The position numbers were made by a program, and so were the translations under genes. From the NCBI GenBank assembly GCA_951406725.2, contig OX597827.1, forward strand, positions 31,558,001 through 31,622,000: 64,000 nt of DNA, in the 5' to 3' direction. Shown piece by piece: positions 1 through 13,070 of this stretch; the stretch's first letter is position 1, and every line of letters starts with the position of its first letter. The notes beneath the pieces are model-generated. The model searched no databases. It was not told the DNA's origin and saw nothing but the letters and a program-made list of their open reading frames with translations. The DNA is from Octopus vulgaris (taxonomy: Eukaryota).

Positions 1-100
1 AATAATAATAATAATAATAATATTAATAATAATAATAACAACAACAACAACATTGAAAAATACCTTAGGAATGAGAACCCAGGTTCGAAATTTCCTCAAG

Positions 101-144
101 ACACCTGATGAAGGCTGGAGGATATATCAGCCGAAACGTTGTGT
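101..144 (+). ncRNA. Minimal type-I hammerhead ribozyme in a short PLE-like 3' fragment
   Basis: acac-CTGATGA-a-GGCTG..CAGCC-GAA-ACGT-T-gtgt: stem I acac/gtgt, stem II ggctg/cagcc, palindromic ACGT in place of stem III; follows an (AAT)n tract. Confidence 0.75.
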
Positions 145-287
145 TAACAACAAGATAAATATCCCTCAAATGAAAATAATGTAAATTAAGTACCAGTTGC
201 ATACTGGGGTCAATCTAATCGACTGGCCCCACACCCTAAAATTTCAGGCCTTGTGCCTAGAATAGAAAAGTGCATAGGCAAAAGGAA

Positions 288-507
288 GGCAGCAAGCTGG
301 CTGAAACATTAGCACACCAGGCAAAATACTGATGGGTATTTCATCTGTCTTTACGTTCTGAGTTCAAATTCCGCTGATGTTGACTTTGCCTTTCATCCTT
401 TCGAAGCCAATAAATTAAGTACCAGTTGTGTACTGTGGTTGATCTAATCGACTGCCCCCCCCCCCCCCCAAAAAAAAATTCCGGGTCTTGCGCCTATAGT
501 AGAAAAG
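288..507 (+). mobile_element. tRNA-derived SINE family A (ggcggcgagctggcagaa... head); further copies at about 186-272(+), 520-941(-), 6765-6975(-), 9219-9431(+), 10993-11410(-), 19932-20140(+), 22771-22980(+), 35333-35943(-)
   Basis: A-box-like tggcagaaacgttagc and B-box gagttcaaattcc, shared body gactttgcctttcatcctttcggggtcgataaattaagtaccag recurring many times. Confidence 0.8.
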
Positions 508-952
508 AATCCTGTCTGCAAAAGGCACAATCCTGAAATCTGGTGGGAGGGGGTAGTCAATTATATTGACCTCAGTACGTAACTGGTACTTATTTTATTG
601 ATCCAGAAAGGATGAAAGGCAAGGCTGAACTTTAAGGAATTTGAACAGAGAATGTAAGGATGGAGGAAGTATTACCAAGCCTTTTGCCAGGCGTGCTAAT
701 GATTCTCAAAGCTCACTGCCTTAATAATAATGATGGTTTAACAATTTGTCACAAAGACAGTAGTTTTGGGGGAGGGGATGAGTTGATTACATTGCCCCTT
801 CCCCCAGTGTATAACTGGTACTTATTTTATTAATAAAAGGCAAAGTTGACTTCAGTGGTGTTTGAACTCAGAACATAGCAGTGGGTGAAATACCACTAAG
901 CATTTCATCCAGCCCACTAATAATTCTGCCAGTTCACTGCCTTAATAATAAT

Positions 953-1505
953 GATCTCTGGAACTTCGCCATTCAAACTGACAGAAAGATAGATGCGAAT
1001 AGGCCAGATATCATATTGAAAGACTTCAGACAAAAATCATGCTTCCTCATTGATATGACTGTTCCTATCGATATATACATATCAGTCAAGACCTACCAAA
1101 AACTGAGCAAGTATAAAGATCTTGAAATAGAAATTAGCAAAATGTGGAACCTGAAAACTAAAACTATACCTGTTGTCGTAGGTGCCCTAGGAATGATAGC
1201 AAAAGGGGCTGATTGCTACCTAATTCTGATACCAGGAAACCCCTAAATGGCAGAAATTTAAAAGATAGTGCTCGTAGGACCTGCCCATATCCTACACAAA
1301 ATACTTTCTATGTGATCTCAAATTTTAAAACAAACTTATAATTTTCTTATGTTTTCTTAAATATTTTCTAGAACAATTCTATGTACAAAACCAAATTTAT
1401 GGCACCCTAGGCATAACGCCAACTTGAACTTCTAACTTGTTGTCTCTTGAGGTCTCTGGGTGAGACTTGAAGTCAACTTGTACAAATACAAAGCAAAAGT
1501 CAAAC

Positions 1506-1509
<4 letters not shown>
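953..1509 (+). mobile_element. 5'-truncated R4/Dong-like non-LTR retrotransposon (RLE endonuclease + 3' UTR)
   Basis: Encodes LWNF..TDRKIDANRPDII...IDMTVP...KLSKYKDL...PVVVGALG (PD-D/ExK restriction-like endonuclease); ends in (AAT)n. Confidence 0.85.
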
Positions 1510-1549
<40 letters not shown>

Positions 1550-1550
<1 letters not shown>

Positions 1551-1773
1551 GGCATGATAAAAAAATATTCAGACAAATACATAACAAAAACACCAGGACT
1601 TACAAATACATATAACATACAGAAAATTGCACTACTAGGCACTGCACACATCCTACGCAGAACACTTTCCATACAATAACCATCAGAGCATCACAATAAA
1701 TCACAGCACATACCCAAGGCACACAGAGCTGTGCTCGGTAGTGAAGTGAAAGCACGCTATAAAAATAAAACAA

Positions 1774-1777
<4 letters not shown>
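1550..1777 (+). mobile_element. 3' end of a second R4/Dong-like family; related fragment on the minus strand at about 19750-19885
   Basis: Encodes GMIKKYSDKYI...IQKIALLGTAHILRRTL*, then a 3' UTR; flanked by (AAT)n on both sides. Confidence 0.75.
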
Positions 1778-1803
<26 letters not shown>

Positions 1804-1807
<4 letters not shown>

Positions 1808-2372
1808 TGCCCTGATGTAGTACCAGGCAGTGGCTCTCATGGCTTCTGATCTTAACTGATTGGAAGTGTTATCATGTACATTGTTTTGTCTTGGTATAAA
1901 AGATGGGCTACAGCAAATATTCTGCTCAATACCACAGATTTGCTTGTCAGTTGTTTGACTTTAACCAGTTGAGCATGTCCCTTAGTGGCTGACGATATGT
2001 GCATCTCTGATCACGAGCAGAAGTAGTGGGGGAGCATCATAGCCATGTGTTGAGAGGGATTCTTTGGGGTTTGAATAATTCACCTCTGGAAACATGGGTG
2101 TTTTGTTCAACATCCTTAAACAACCCTTATTCAGGGAACTTTCGAGTGGGATGGGTTACTCGACCTGAAGAAAATTCTAACTGGGCCCCACCTGCAAGGT
2201 CATGTGCTGTTTATTTTGATATGAGATCACAATGTCGCGCACATATGGTTGTGATGCATGTGCCTAGTGCACCCTTATCAGACGGGTAGTCATGATGGGT
2301 ATATTGGGCTTCGTATATTTTACCCCAGTGTCACTTTGATGGCATGCACTGCTCTCTCACTCAATAATAATG

Positions 2373-2405
<33 letters not shown>

Positions 2406-2436
2406 GCATGCACTGCTCTCTCACTCAATAATAATG

Positions 2437-2487
<51 letters not shown>

Positions 2488-3041
2488 TGCCCTGATGTAG
2501 TACCAGGCAGTGGCTCTCATGGCTTCTGATCTTAACTAATTGGAAGTGTTATCATGTACATTGTTTTGTCTTGGTATAAAAGATGGGCTACAGCAAATAT
2601 TCTGCTCAATACCACAGATTTGCTTGTCAGTTGTTTGACCTTAACCAGTTGAGCATGTCCCTTACTGGCTGACAATACGTGCATCTCTGATCACGAGCAG
2701 AAGTAGTGGGGGAGCATCATAGCCATGTGTTGAGAGGGATTCTTTGGAGTTTGAATAATTCACCTCTGGAAACATGGGTGTTTCGTTCAACATCCTAAAG
2801 CAACCTTATTCAGGGACCTTTTGAGCAGGATGGGCTACTCGACCTGAAGAAAATTCTAACTGGGCCCCACCTGCAAGGTCATGTGCTGTTTATCTTGATA
2901 CGAGATCACAATGTCGCGCACATATGGTTGTGATGCATGTGCCTGGTGTACCCTTATCAGACGGGTAGTCATGATGGGTATATTGGGCTTCGTATATTTT
3001 ACCCCAGTGTCACTTTGATGGCATGAACTGCTCTCTCACTC
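1804..3041. repeat. Two tandem copies (1804-2362, 2484-3041) of an unclassified ~558-bp element, each bounded by (AAT)n
   Basis: Same start (aaatgccctgatgtagtacc) and end (gctctctcactc), scattered substitutions, 680-bp period; short duplicate of the end at about 2404-2426. Confidence 0.9.
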
Positions 3042-3076
<35 letters not shown>

Positions 3077-3891
3077 TAATAATAATAATAAATGATTTCT
3101 TTTATTTGCTACCAAGATGAAAGTTGAGGTGGGATTGGACAGTACAAAGACAGACATAAAGTGTTAGGGTTTAGATATAATGAAATGATTAAAAAAAACA
3201 AATTTGAAAGTACACACGGTATATAATAAAACAAAAAAGGGAAGGATCTATAGTATACAACAGTTAAAGATAATAACGGTTTCAAATTTTGGCACAAGGC
3301 CAGCAATTTCTGGGAGGAGGTAAGTTGATTACATTGACCCCCAGTGTGAAGGTGGTACTTCTTTTAATAATGATAATAGTGATGGTCTCTCTCAGATCAA
3401 AGACGATATACAAATGTTCAGCTTTTGCCACATGACCTGCACAAATGATTTGTTTTTGGTGATCAAATGTTTGTGTTGCACGTTAGTTTACCCCATCAAA
3501 TTGACACTGTCTGAACAGGTGCATGGTGTACCATGTGCCAGGTGTCAAAGTGATTGCGGAACAGTATGAGATGGAGTGCTTTTTTTTTTATGGCCAGATG
3601 CCCTTCCTAATGCCAACGACTTTACAGTGTGTACAGAGTGCTTCTTTTCATGCCACCAGCACTAGTGAGGTGGCCAAATATAATACAAGACAGAAAAAAC
3701 AGGAAAGGCAAAAGCCCCTATGACTAAGTGGTGGATGTTGGAGGGGGGACGTGAAAAGTGAATGAGCAATATAAATAATGTATGCCCTTGTCTTTTTTCC
3801 CCTAGAATTCTGGAATTCTGTTAGAATGCAGTGAGCTTCATGGTCAAAACATTTGAGAAAAATATTCAAGACAACTAGTTTTGTCTCTCTT

Positions 3892-4275
3892 TACTCTCTC
3901 TTTTACTTGTTTCAGTCATTTGACTATGGCCATGCTGGAGCACTGCCTTTAGTCGAGGAAATCGACCCCAGGACTTATTCTTTGTAAGCTTATCATTCTC
4001 TTTTACTGAACCACTAAGTTAAAGGGAACATAAACACACTAGCATAGATTGTCAAGCGATGCTGGGGGAGACAAACACAGACACACAAACATACACACAC
4101 ACATACATATATGATGGGCTTCTTTCAGTTTCTGTCTACCAAATCCACTCACAAGGCTTTGGTCGGCCCGAGGCTATAGTAGAAGACACTTGCCCAAGGT
4201 GCCATGCAGTGGGACTGAACCCGGAACCATGTGGTTGGTAAGCAAGCTACTTACCACACAGCCACTCCTGCACCT
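3892..4275 (-). mobile_element. tRNA-derived CORE-like SINE family B
   Basis: Reverse complement of the 11545-11978 element, including the ccttgggcaagt motif and the internal (TG)n tract. Confidence 0.8.
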
Positions 4276-4873
4276 ACTGTGTCTGTCAGTAAACGTTTGT
4301 AAACTGCCCAATTCTGCACTGATAACTTATCTTTCTTTTCACTGATTGATTGATTGGTCTATATTTAGTCTGACTGGATTTCAACATGGAGTTTGCCAAT
4401 TCCTGCTATATTGGGAATTTGGCAAAGCACCAAGTCTGGAATTCATGACAAACGAGCAATATTGCTTGAATGGGTTAAAATACTGTTGATAAGGATTTGT
4501 TAGTTAGCAACGTTCAGTTGATGTCCCTTAAGGGTGGTGCTATACTGGTTAGGGTAGAAATGCCAATGTTACAGGAAGGAAGTGGTGTGAAGAGTAGGGG
4601 TTATCTTTCAATTGTTTCATTACTAAATAATTTAGCTCAATGGTACACAGCGCTCAGCCGGAATTTGAGAGGTGCAAAGTTCAATTCGCTGACTACATTT
4701 TTAGGCAGATATGTGGCTGTGTGGTAAGCAGTTTCTTTCTAGGTTCAGTCCCACTGCATGGCACATTGTGTTGGTGTGTTTATGTCCCAATAACATAGCA
4801 GTTCAGCAAAGAGACTGATAGAATAAGTACAAAGTTTATAAAGCAAAAAACGTACTGGAGTTGATTTGTTTAA

Positions 4874-5931
4874 CCCTTTCGTTACCATACCGCCCAAAGC
4901 TGCCTGAAAAAAATTTTGGTTAATGTGACCAAACCGCCCAAAGCCGCCCATATTTACCTATTCATATTTAAATGAGAATATCAGAGCAAATCTCTTTAGT
5001 ACATTCGTGAAAATACGTGATTATACTTCGTAAACAGTTCATCTACAGTTTTGTACAATGAACTTTGGGAGATTTTTTCCACATTTTTTTCGGCATCGAT
5101 TTTTCTTCAACTTTGAAAATGGATAGGAGATTCATGTTATCAAGCATTGATTCCGAATTAGAAAATTTGTGAAGCAAATACTGGGTACTGTTGTGGATTT
5201 AGTTTTTATACAGGGAAACTAATGTTAGTCAGTATGGCTTAGGGTATGATGTGGTCTGGAAGTTATTGTTTGAAGCGATCAATGCGGAAACAAACTCACG
5301 CAGAATGTAAACAAACACAAAATGGGGGTTCAAATTTCGGAAAATTTGTGAAGCAAATACTGGGTACTGCGTGGATTTAGTTTTTATACAGGGAAAATAA
5401 TGTTAGTCAGCATGGCCTAGGGAACGATGTGGTCTGGAATTTATCACTTCCATACCATAACCAGGGCTGTATATTATTTTTTGACCGATTTCTTTAATTC
5501 AGTCAAACTTGCGGTGGATTCCAGTATTTCAGTTTATTCCACCTTTATGGTACACTTGTTGTGCATTAAATTCAACTGATGATATAGTGATGTGCACAAT
5601 TCTTCTTTATTAAAATTTTGTTATATACCCATTTGAATATTAGCTGATGATTCATTTTCTATGGTGATGTTTAAACAAAATTTTAATATTTTTACCTTTT
5701 GCTCAATTTACCTGGATTTACCTGTAATTAAAGTCACTTTGAGACAAAAATTATGCAATAGAATTGATTGAGAACCCTTTCTTTAATTATGTTCCAAATA
5801 TCACATTAATATGTTGATAAGTAAAAAAGTTACAGTTATTTAATGAAACAAGCCTAGATTCATGATTATTTTAGAAATTAATTGAAACTCATGAGGGGTG
5901 TATTTTCGTCAGAAATATAGTAACGAAAGGG
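4874..5931. mobile_element. Non-autonomous piggyBac-type element inserted into a family-B SINE
   Basis: TTAA|CCCTTTCGTTAC...GTAACGAAAGGG|TTAA; internal ~100-bp direct repeat (about 5160-5262 and 5340-5440); SINE sequence stops at 4869 and resumes at about 5936. Confidence 0.85.
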
Positions 5932-8276
5932 TTAATAACAATCCTACTAAGTGGTGCCCCATTATGGCCACAATCTAATGACTGAAACAAGTAGAAGATA
6001 AAAGATAAAATAAGGCTTAACCCCCTTTGATACAAATCCACTGCGACTTCCCCTTGTTCAATGATACAAATTTCCTTGCTTTAAACCTTTTCATTTCAGG
6101 TTTTCATCCATCAACAACATTCTTCACTTCCAATATCCTCTTCAATTATGAAATATATCATGTGATCACATGACCAAACAGACAATCAGAAGTTGTTACA
6201 CATCATTGGTCACGATGCACTTTGCATCATTTTAGCCTTCAAATGGCACCATTCTGCTGGTTAGGCAGGCCAACATTCTCCCCTGATTGAAAGAGAGACT
6301 GGAGCAACGTAAAATGAAGTGTTTTGCACAAGAGTTCAACATGCCATCCAGTCTGAGAATTGAACTCATAATCTAGTTATCAGCATTCTTCACTTCCAAC
6401 ATATTCAGATTGCTGCATGAAATGATATTAGAATTTCTTCTCTTTCTAGCTATTTGTCCTATTATTCTTCTTTCTGTTCTTGAACTCTCCAACCATTTCA
6501 GTAATTCTTTGGAGATTTCTAACTGCAGATAATATTCTTTGTTCGTTACATTCAGTGTAGTTTTTTTTTCAGGCAAACCGCCAGGAATCTTGGTCCCTCT
6601 GTCACCCCTCTGTGAGGCCCAAGATCTGAAGATCCTTTCTCACCTGGTCATTATTTAAAAGTATGAAATTACAAAAACTAATGCTGTCTTCTGCGTTTCA
6701 CAATTCTCTGGTTCCTTCTATTCTGGGTAGGTTCAGCCTCTCACTATTACTAGTGAATAATGCTTCAAATTTTGGCACAAGGCCAGCAATTTTGGGATTG
6801 GTGGGTGATTCGGCTAGATTGACCCCAGCTCCTCAGTGTATAACTGGTACTTATTTTATTGACATGAAAAGGGTGGCAGACAAAGATGACTTCAGTGAAA
6901 TTTGAACTCAAAACATAAAGATGGAGAGAGCTAAGCATTTCGCCTGGCATGCTCATGATTCTGTCAGCTCGTTGCATGTTGTGCATTGTGAACAGCTTTC
7001 TGGTTCTTCTGTCCAGTTCTGGACAATCTGGTTTTGTCCATTTTAGAAACAGAGCAAACCATCATCATCATCATTTCTTTTATTTCTTTTACTTGTTTCA
7101 TCCATTTGACTGTGGCCATGCTAGAGCACCGCCTTTAGTCGAACAAATCACCCCCAAGACTTACTCTTTGTAAACTTAGTACTTATTCTATCGCTCTTAT
7201 TTGCCGCACCACTGAGTTATGGGGATGTAAACATGTCAACTTTGGTTGTCAAGCAATGGGGGGGTGAGGCAAATACATACACATATACATACAATGGGCT
7301 TCTTTCAGTTTCCGTCTACCAAATCCACTCACAAGGCTTTGGTCAGTCTGAGGCTATAGTAGAAGACATTTGCCCAAGGTGCCATGCAGTAGGACTGAAC
7401 TTGGAATGATGTGATTGGGAAACAAGCTTCTTACCACACAATCACTCCTGTGCCTATCGTCATCATCATCATCATTTAAAGTCTGTTTCCATGCTGGTAT
7501 GGGCTGGACGGTTTGACAGGGGCTAGCCAGCCAAAGAGCTGCTCTAGCCCTATGTCTTTTTAGGCATGGTTTCCACGGCTGGATGCCTTCCCTAACACCA
7601 ACCACTTTACAGAGTGTAATTGGTGCTTTTACGCAGTACCAGAATGGGTGCTTTTTATGTGGTACCAGCACCCATGAGCCTGCAAGATTAGGAATGTAGA
7701 GCAGAAAAGGGATGCAGGGGACATGTCTGTATGCAAGGACAACCACGATTTTACTTAACTTGGAGTATCTCCTCAAGCACAGCAAACCGCCAGGAATCTT
7801 GGTCTCCCTGTCACCCTCTCTGTGAGGCCCAAGATCTGCAGATCCTTTCTCACCTGGTTATTATTTACAGGTACAAATTACAAAACCTTTTCCTGTCTGG
7901 ACATATCCCCATCTCTTTTTCTATTTCTATTAAAAATAAAATTTAAGTCGCCCAGTCTACTGTCCATATGAACAAATTTGCTGTTTACACCAATTTCTTT
8001 GTGGTTTCATATTCTTTGAGGGAACATTTATTAAGAAAAATAACAAAACAAAAACAAACAATAAAGCAAAAATAAATAATAAAACAAAACTATTTGTACT
8101 TCTAAATTTTTCCAATTTCAAATCATCTACATTTTTTAGTTTTTTCTTTTGGTTTCAAAAATCGTTATCAAAACCCGACAAAATTAGATATTTTAAAAGC
8201 CAATTGTTGATATTACATACCTATTTTAACTCTTCTTTTGTTTTCCTTTTCATTTATTATTTTATTTCATATTATA

Positions 8277-8326
<50 letters not shown>

Positions 8327-11300
8327 TATATATATGCATATATACACACATATATACATGTGTGTATGGTTGTCAAATTAATCTAATGTGTTTTGAAGTA
8401 GATCATCAATACAGTCTTTAATGAATGATTACAAGTTGATTTTGAAGCAATACGTCAACTTTGATGAGATTTGAACTCTGAAGCCAGACATAACCAATTA
8501 AATATTTTAACGGACAAAAGCATACTTGCATGGCTAAGAAATTCACTTTACAACCATGTGGTTACAAGTTTGATAACACTTCCTGGTACCTTGGGCAAGT
8601 ATTTTCTCCTACAACCTCTGGGGCTGATGTGTAACTTATGTGTAGAATTTTCTTAATAGAATGTATGGGGTAGCCCAGGTGTGGCTGTATGGTAAGAAGC
8701 TTGGTTCCAGGTTCAGTCCCAACCACATGGTTCCAGCTGTTAAATGATGATGTTGATGATGATGATGTCTGTGTGTGTATATGTTTATATGTCTGTGTTC
8801 ATCTTGACAACTGATGCTGGTGTGTTTATGTCCCTGTAACTTAACGGTTCAACAAAAGCGACTGGTAGAATATGTACAAGGCTTACAAAGAATATGATCT
8901 GGTGTCGATTTGTTCGACTACAGGCGGTACTCCAGCATGGCTGCAGTCAAATGACTGAAACAAATAAAGGAGTAAAGGTGTAGGTATTTGGCAGAGTGTG
9001 TGAACAATCCTGCCAACTCATTACCTTAAAAGATTTAGAATGTTTTGCCAGATATTAACCCATTCGTGCCCAAATTTTTTTATTTAATTTATTGCCAAAA
9101 ATCTTTTTTTATACAATTTTATTTGGTACTAAATCATCATCATCATCATTTAACGTCCACTTTCCATGCTGGCATATATATAAAAAGCTTTTTATTACAA
9201 TATTTGAAAGACACTTTAAGGCAGCGAGCTTGCAGAAGTGTTAGCACAGCAGTCAAAATGCTTAGCGGTATCTCATCTGTCTTTATGTTATGAGTTCAAA
9301 TTCCACTGAGGTTGACATTGCCTTTCATCCTTTCGGGGTCAATACATTAGGTACCAGTTGCATACTAGGGTCAATCTAATCGACTGGCCTCCTTCCCAAA
9401 AATTTCAGGCTTTGTGCCTAGAGTAGAAAAGAATTTTTGAAAGACACTTTCACCACAACTTTGTCTCACTCTTTCTTCCTGTTTCTGTTGTACCTGTAAT
9501 TTCAAAGGGCCAGCCTTGTCACACTCTGCATCACACTGAAACTCCCCAAGAACTACATTAAGGGTACATGTGTCTGTCGAGTGCTCAGCTACTTGCATGT
9601 TAAAAATCCCTGTATAAAACTGTGCACTTCACAGTTCCAGCAATGCAGTTTTGGCTGTTGTGTGCATGCTCACATGTCCAAGATAGGAAGCTACACATTA
9701 GGGAGACAGAACACTGGTTCATGCAGTGCCGACCCTGGTGTGCTGGTGAAAGTTACTGTTTCTCTTTGCCTCTAAGTGTGTTGTGCTTAAAAACATGTCG
9801 ATATTCTTGAATGTGATAAAGTGTAGAATTAAATTATTATCCTGCTTCCAGCTACAGTGTTGCTGTCAGGATTTGAAAAATAGGGCAGATTCCTTCCCTG
9901 CCCCCCTTATTTAGTGATTTAGTGGGTACTTTTGAAAAACAAGGGGGAATTTGTGGTGGTGTTCAGTGAACAAATTGAACACACAACCCGGCAGTGGCTA
10001 AAATGCCAACTGATCAAGTTTATGTATAAATTTTCTTTTTATATGTTTGTTTCCTTTTACACGATATTAAAACAACGGTTGAAAATTTCCTGAAGCAGCA
10101 CCCCCCACTTATTTTATCTACGAGTCACCACTGAATATAACTGACTTACTCCTTCCCCAAAATTGCTGGCATTATGCCAAAATTTGAAATGAATATTATT
10201 TATATCCAATTTAACACGGATGTCTTTGCAAAACACCGAATACTGACTCACTAGCCTTGAGAGACCCTCTCATATAGGTGCTAGGTGCATAACAACATCC
10301 ACTCATAGCAGATGAAATCCAACTGTTATGGCTGCCGGAATTGCTATATCATGCGATTTTACCATCAATGGAAAGCACCAGGTGACCCACATGTCAGTCA
10401 AATCTCACTGCTTTTGACATATAGAACTTCAGCATCTTTTCAGATGCTGATGTTACAAATAGCCAGCAGGCTTATAAAAAAATTATTATTAGCAATAGAA
10501 GGAGTATATTATTAATACCAAAAGGTAATCTTTACCTCCAAATGAACATGGATGTCTTGTTCCAACACCGGAAACTGCACTGTTAGCCTTGAGAGATCCT
10601 TGGCAGAATTTGAACTCAGAATGCAAAGATGGATGAAATTGTGCTAAGCATTTTGCCCAGCATGCTACTGATTCTGCCAGCTTGCCACCTTAAAACCAAA
10701 TTAAAAATATCATCATCATCATTGTTTAATGTGTGCTTTCCATGCTGGTATGGGTTGGAGGGTTTGACTGAAGACTGGCAGACCAGGAGGCTGCACCAGG
10801 CTCCAATCTGATCTGGAAGAGTTTCTACAGCTGGAAGCACTTCCTAACGGCAACCACTCCGAGAGTGCAGTGGGTGCGTTTTATGTGCCACCAGCATGGG
10901 GACCAGTCAGGTGGCACTGGCATCGAATACGATCGGATGGTGCTTTTTACATGCTACCAGCACTGGCATGGGTCATGCTCAAATATATTCTTTTCTATTC
11001 TAGGCACAAGGCCTGAAATTTTGGTCGGAGGGGGCCAGTTGATTAGATCGACTCCAGTATGCAACTGGTACTCAATTTATCAACCCCGAAAGGATGAAAG
11101 GCAAAGTCGACCTCAGCAGAATTTGAACTCAGAACATAAGGACAGATGAAATACCGCTAAGCATTTTGCCTGGCATGCTAACGTTTCTTATTTCTTCGTT
11201 GACCACAAGGGGCTAAACATAGAGGGGACAGACAAGGACAGACAAAGGGATTAAGTCGATTACATCGACTCCAGTGCGTAACTGGTACTTAATTTATCGA

Positions 11301-11544
11301 CCCCGAAAGAATGAAAGACAAAGTCAACCTTGGTGGCATTTGAACTCAGAATGTAAAGACAGACAAAATACCGCTAAGCATGGCATGCTAACGTTTCTGC
11401 TAGCTCACCTCCTTCATGCTTGAATATATTGCCAGATATTAATATAGGAGGCACTAGGTGCATAAATGCATACACAGAGATCATTGGATAATGTAGTTGT
11501 TGATATGTTATAATTAAAAATACAGTAAAAAAGAAAAATATTTA

Positions 11545-11713
11545 GGCGTAGGAGTGGCTGTGTGGTAAGTAGCTTGCTTACCAACCACATGGTTCCAGGT
11601 TCAGTCCCACTGCGTGGCACCTTGGGCAAGTGTCTTCTACTATAGCTTCGGGCCGACCAAAGCCTTGTGAGTGGATTTGGTGGATGGAAACTGAAAGAAG
11701 CCCATCGTATATA

Positions 11714-11752
<39 letters not shown>

Positions 11753-11978
11753 TTGTGTGTGTGGGTATGTTTGTGTGTCTGTGTTTGTCCCCTCAACATC
11801 GCCTGACAACCGATGCTGGTGTGTTTACGTCCCTGTAACTTAGCGGTTCGCCAAAAGAGACCAATAGAATAAGTACTAGGCTTACAAAGAATAAGTCCTG
11901 AGGGTCGATTTGCTGAACTAAAAAAGGCGGTGCTCCAGCATGGCCACAGTCAAATGACTGTAACAAGTAAAAGAGTAA
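11545..11978 (+). mobile_element. tRNA-derived CORE-like SINE family B, well-preserved copy; others at about 7085-7456(-), 8680-8975(+), 13895-14220(-), 25953-26428(-), 28023-28400(-), 30195-30720(+), 45300-45726(+), 50032-50389(+), 60527-61000(-), 62955-63115(+)
   Basis: A-box tggctgtgtggt, B-box ggttcagtccc, CORE-like gcaccttgggcaagtg, internal variable microsatellite, tail aagtaaaagagtaaa. Confidence 0.85.
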
Positions 11979-12289
11979 ACAGAAAAGAAGTGTCATTGGA
12001 GATTTGAACCCCATTGAACATAAGAGTAAACAAGGCCTTGAACAACAACAATGCCGACCCACAAGGACAACAAGAACATTGACAGAAAGGACAAACCAAC
12101 AACAACAACAACAACAAACATCTCCAACCAAGAAAGAATCCAGACAGTAGGGGTGAAAGGTGATGGATGGGGGTAGAGGGCTTCCTCATTTTTTTTTTAT
12201 TTATTTATCTATTTTGCTCTCTTGAAAGTCACTCTGCCATTTACCTAACTTACTAAACCGCCCCTCCCCCTACCACCACCGACAACAGC

Positions 12290-12408
12290 AACAACAACAG
12301 CAACAAGGGTGGCTTTTTTTCTTAGTGTTCAAAAATTACCTCTGCCACCTTGTCTCTATCATGAGGAAGAGGAGGAGAAGAAAGAGGGAAGAAAAGGAGG
12401 GGCAGAAC

Positions 12409-12440
<32 letters not shown>

Positions 12441-12458
12441 ATGGTGGTGGTGGTAGTT

Positions 12459-12499
<41 letters not shown>

Positions 12500-12992
12500 C
12501 TCTTCTTATCTTGAGTAAGTAGTTTGTCCTTTATAAAAAACCACAGACAATAACATCAAGTGTCCCACATGGCTGTCAGCATTCGGAATATAAAACTTAT
12601 TTAAATGCTGAATTTCTTAATAAAATATTCTGTGTATTTGGCTAGCTGGCCACCACTATTACCACTGGAGCCACCATAATCCCCCATCATCACCACACTC
12701 ACCACCAACACTACCAGCATAACCAATACCATCACCATTACTATCACCACCATCAACCACACCCACCACCAACACCAACATGGCCACCACCATAACCACT
12801 ACCATCATCATCATCATCATCATCACCACTATTTCCACCAACATCACCACTACTAGTGCCGGCACCACCACCATGAGACAATGACTAATTTCTATTGTCT
12901 GGTAAGAAATCTCAACTTGACATTTAAAAAATTTTTTGAGATCTACTTCATGTCCTCCTCCTCTTCCTTCTCCTCCACATCATCATCATTAC

Positions 12993-13025
<33 letters not shown>

Positions 13026-13028
13026 TAC

Positions 13029-13066
<38 letters not shown>

Positions 13067-13070
13067 CCAA
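12290..13070. repeat. Trinucleotide low-complexity cluster: (CAA)n, (TAG)n, (CAC)n, (CAT)n
   Basis: Directly visible; explains the poly-V, poly-M and poly-S ORFs. Confidence 0.9.

Noticed and set aside
4059-4241. Recurrent ORF ending [34 protein letters not shown]
   Set aside because: Antisense translation of SINE family B, not a gene family
9856-10133. CAGTG...CACTG-bounded segment as a hAT MITE
   Set aside because: TIR match is weak and no 8-bp target-site duplication is visible
11990-12152. Open frame VIGDLNPIEHK...QQQQQQQTSPTKKESRQ* as a terminal exon
   Set aside because: No clear splice acceptor, starts at a SINE tail, no recognisable domain
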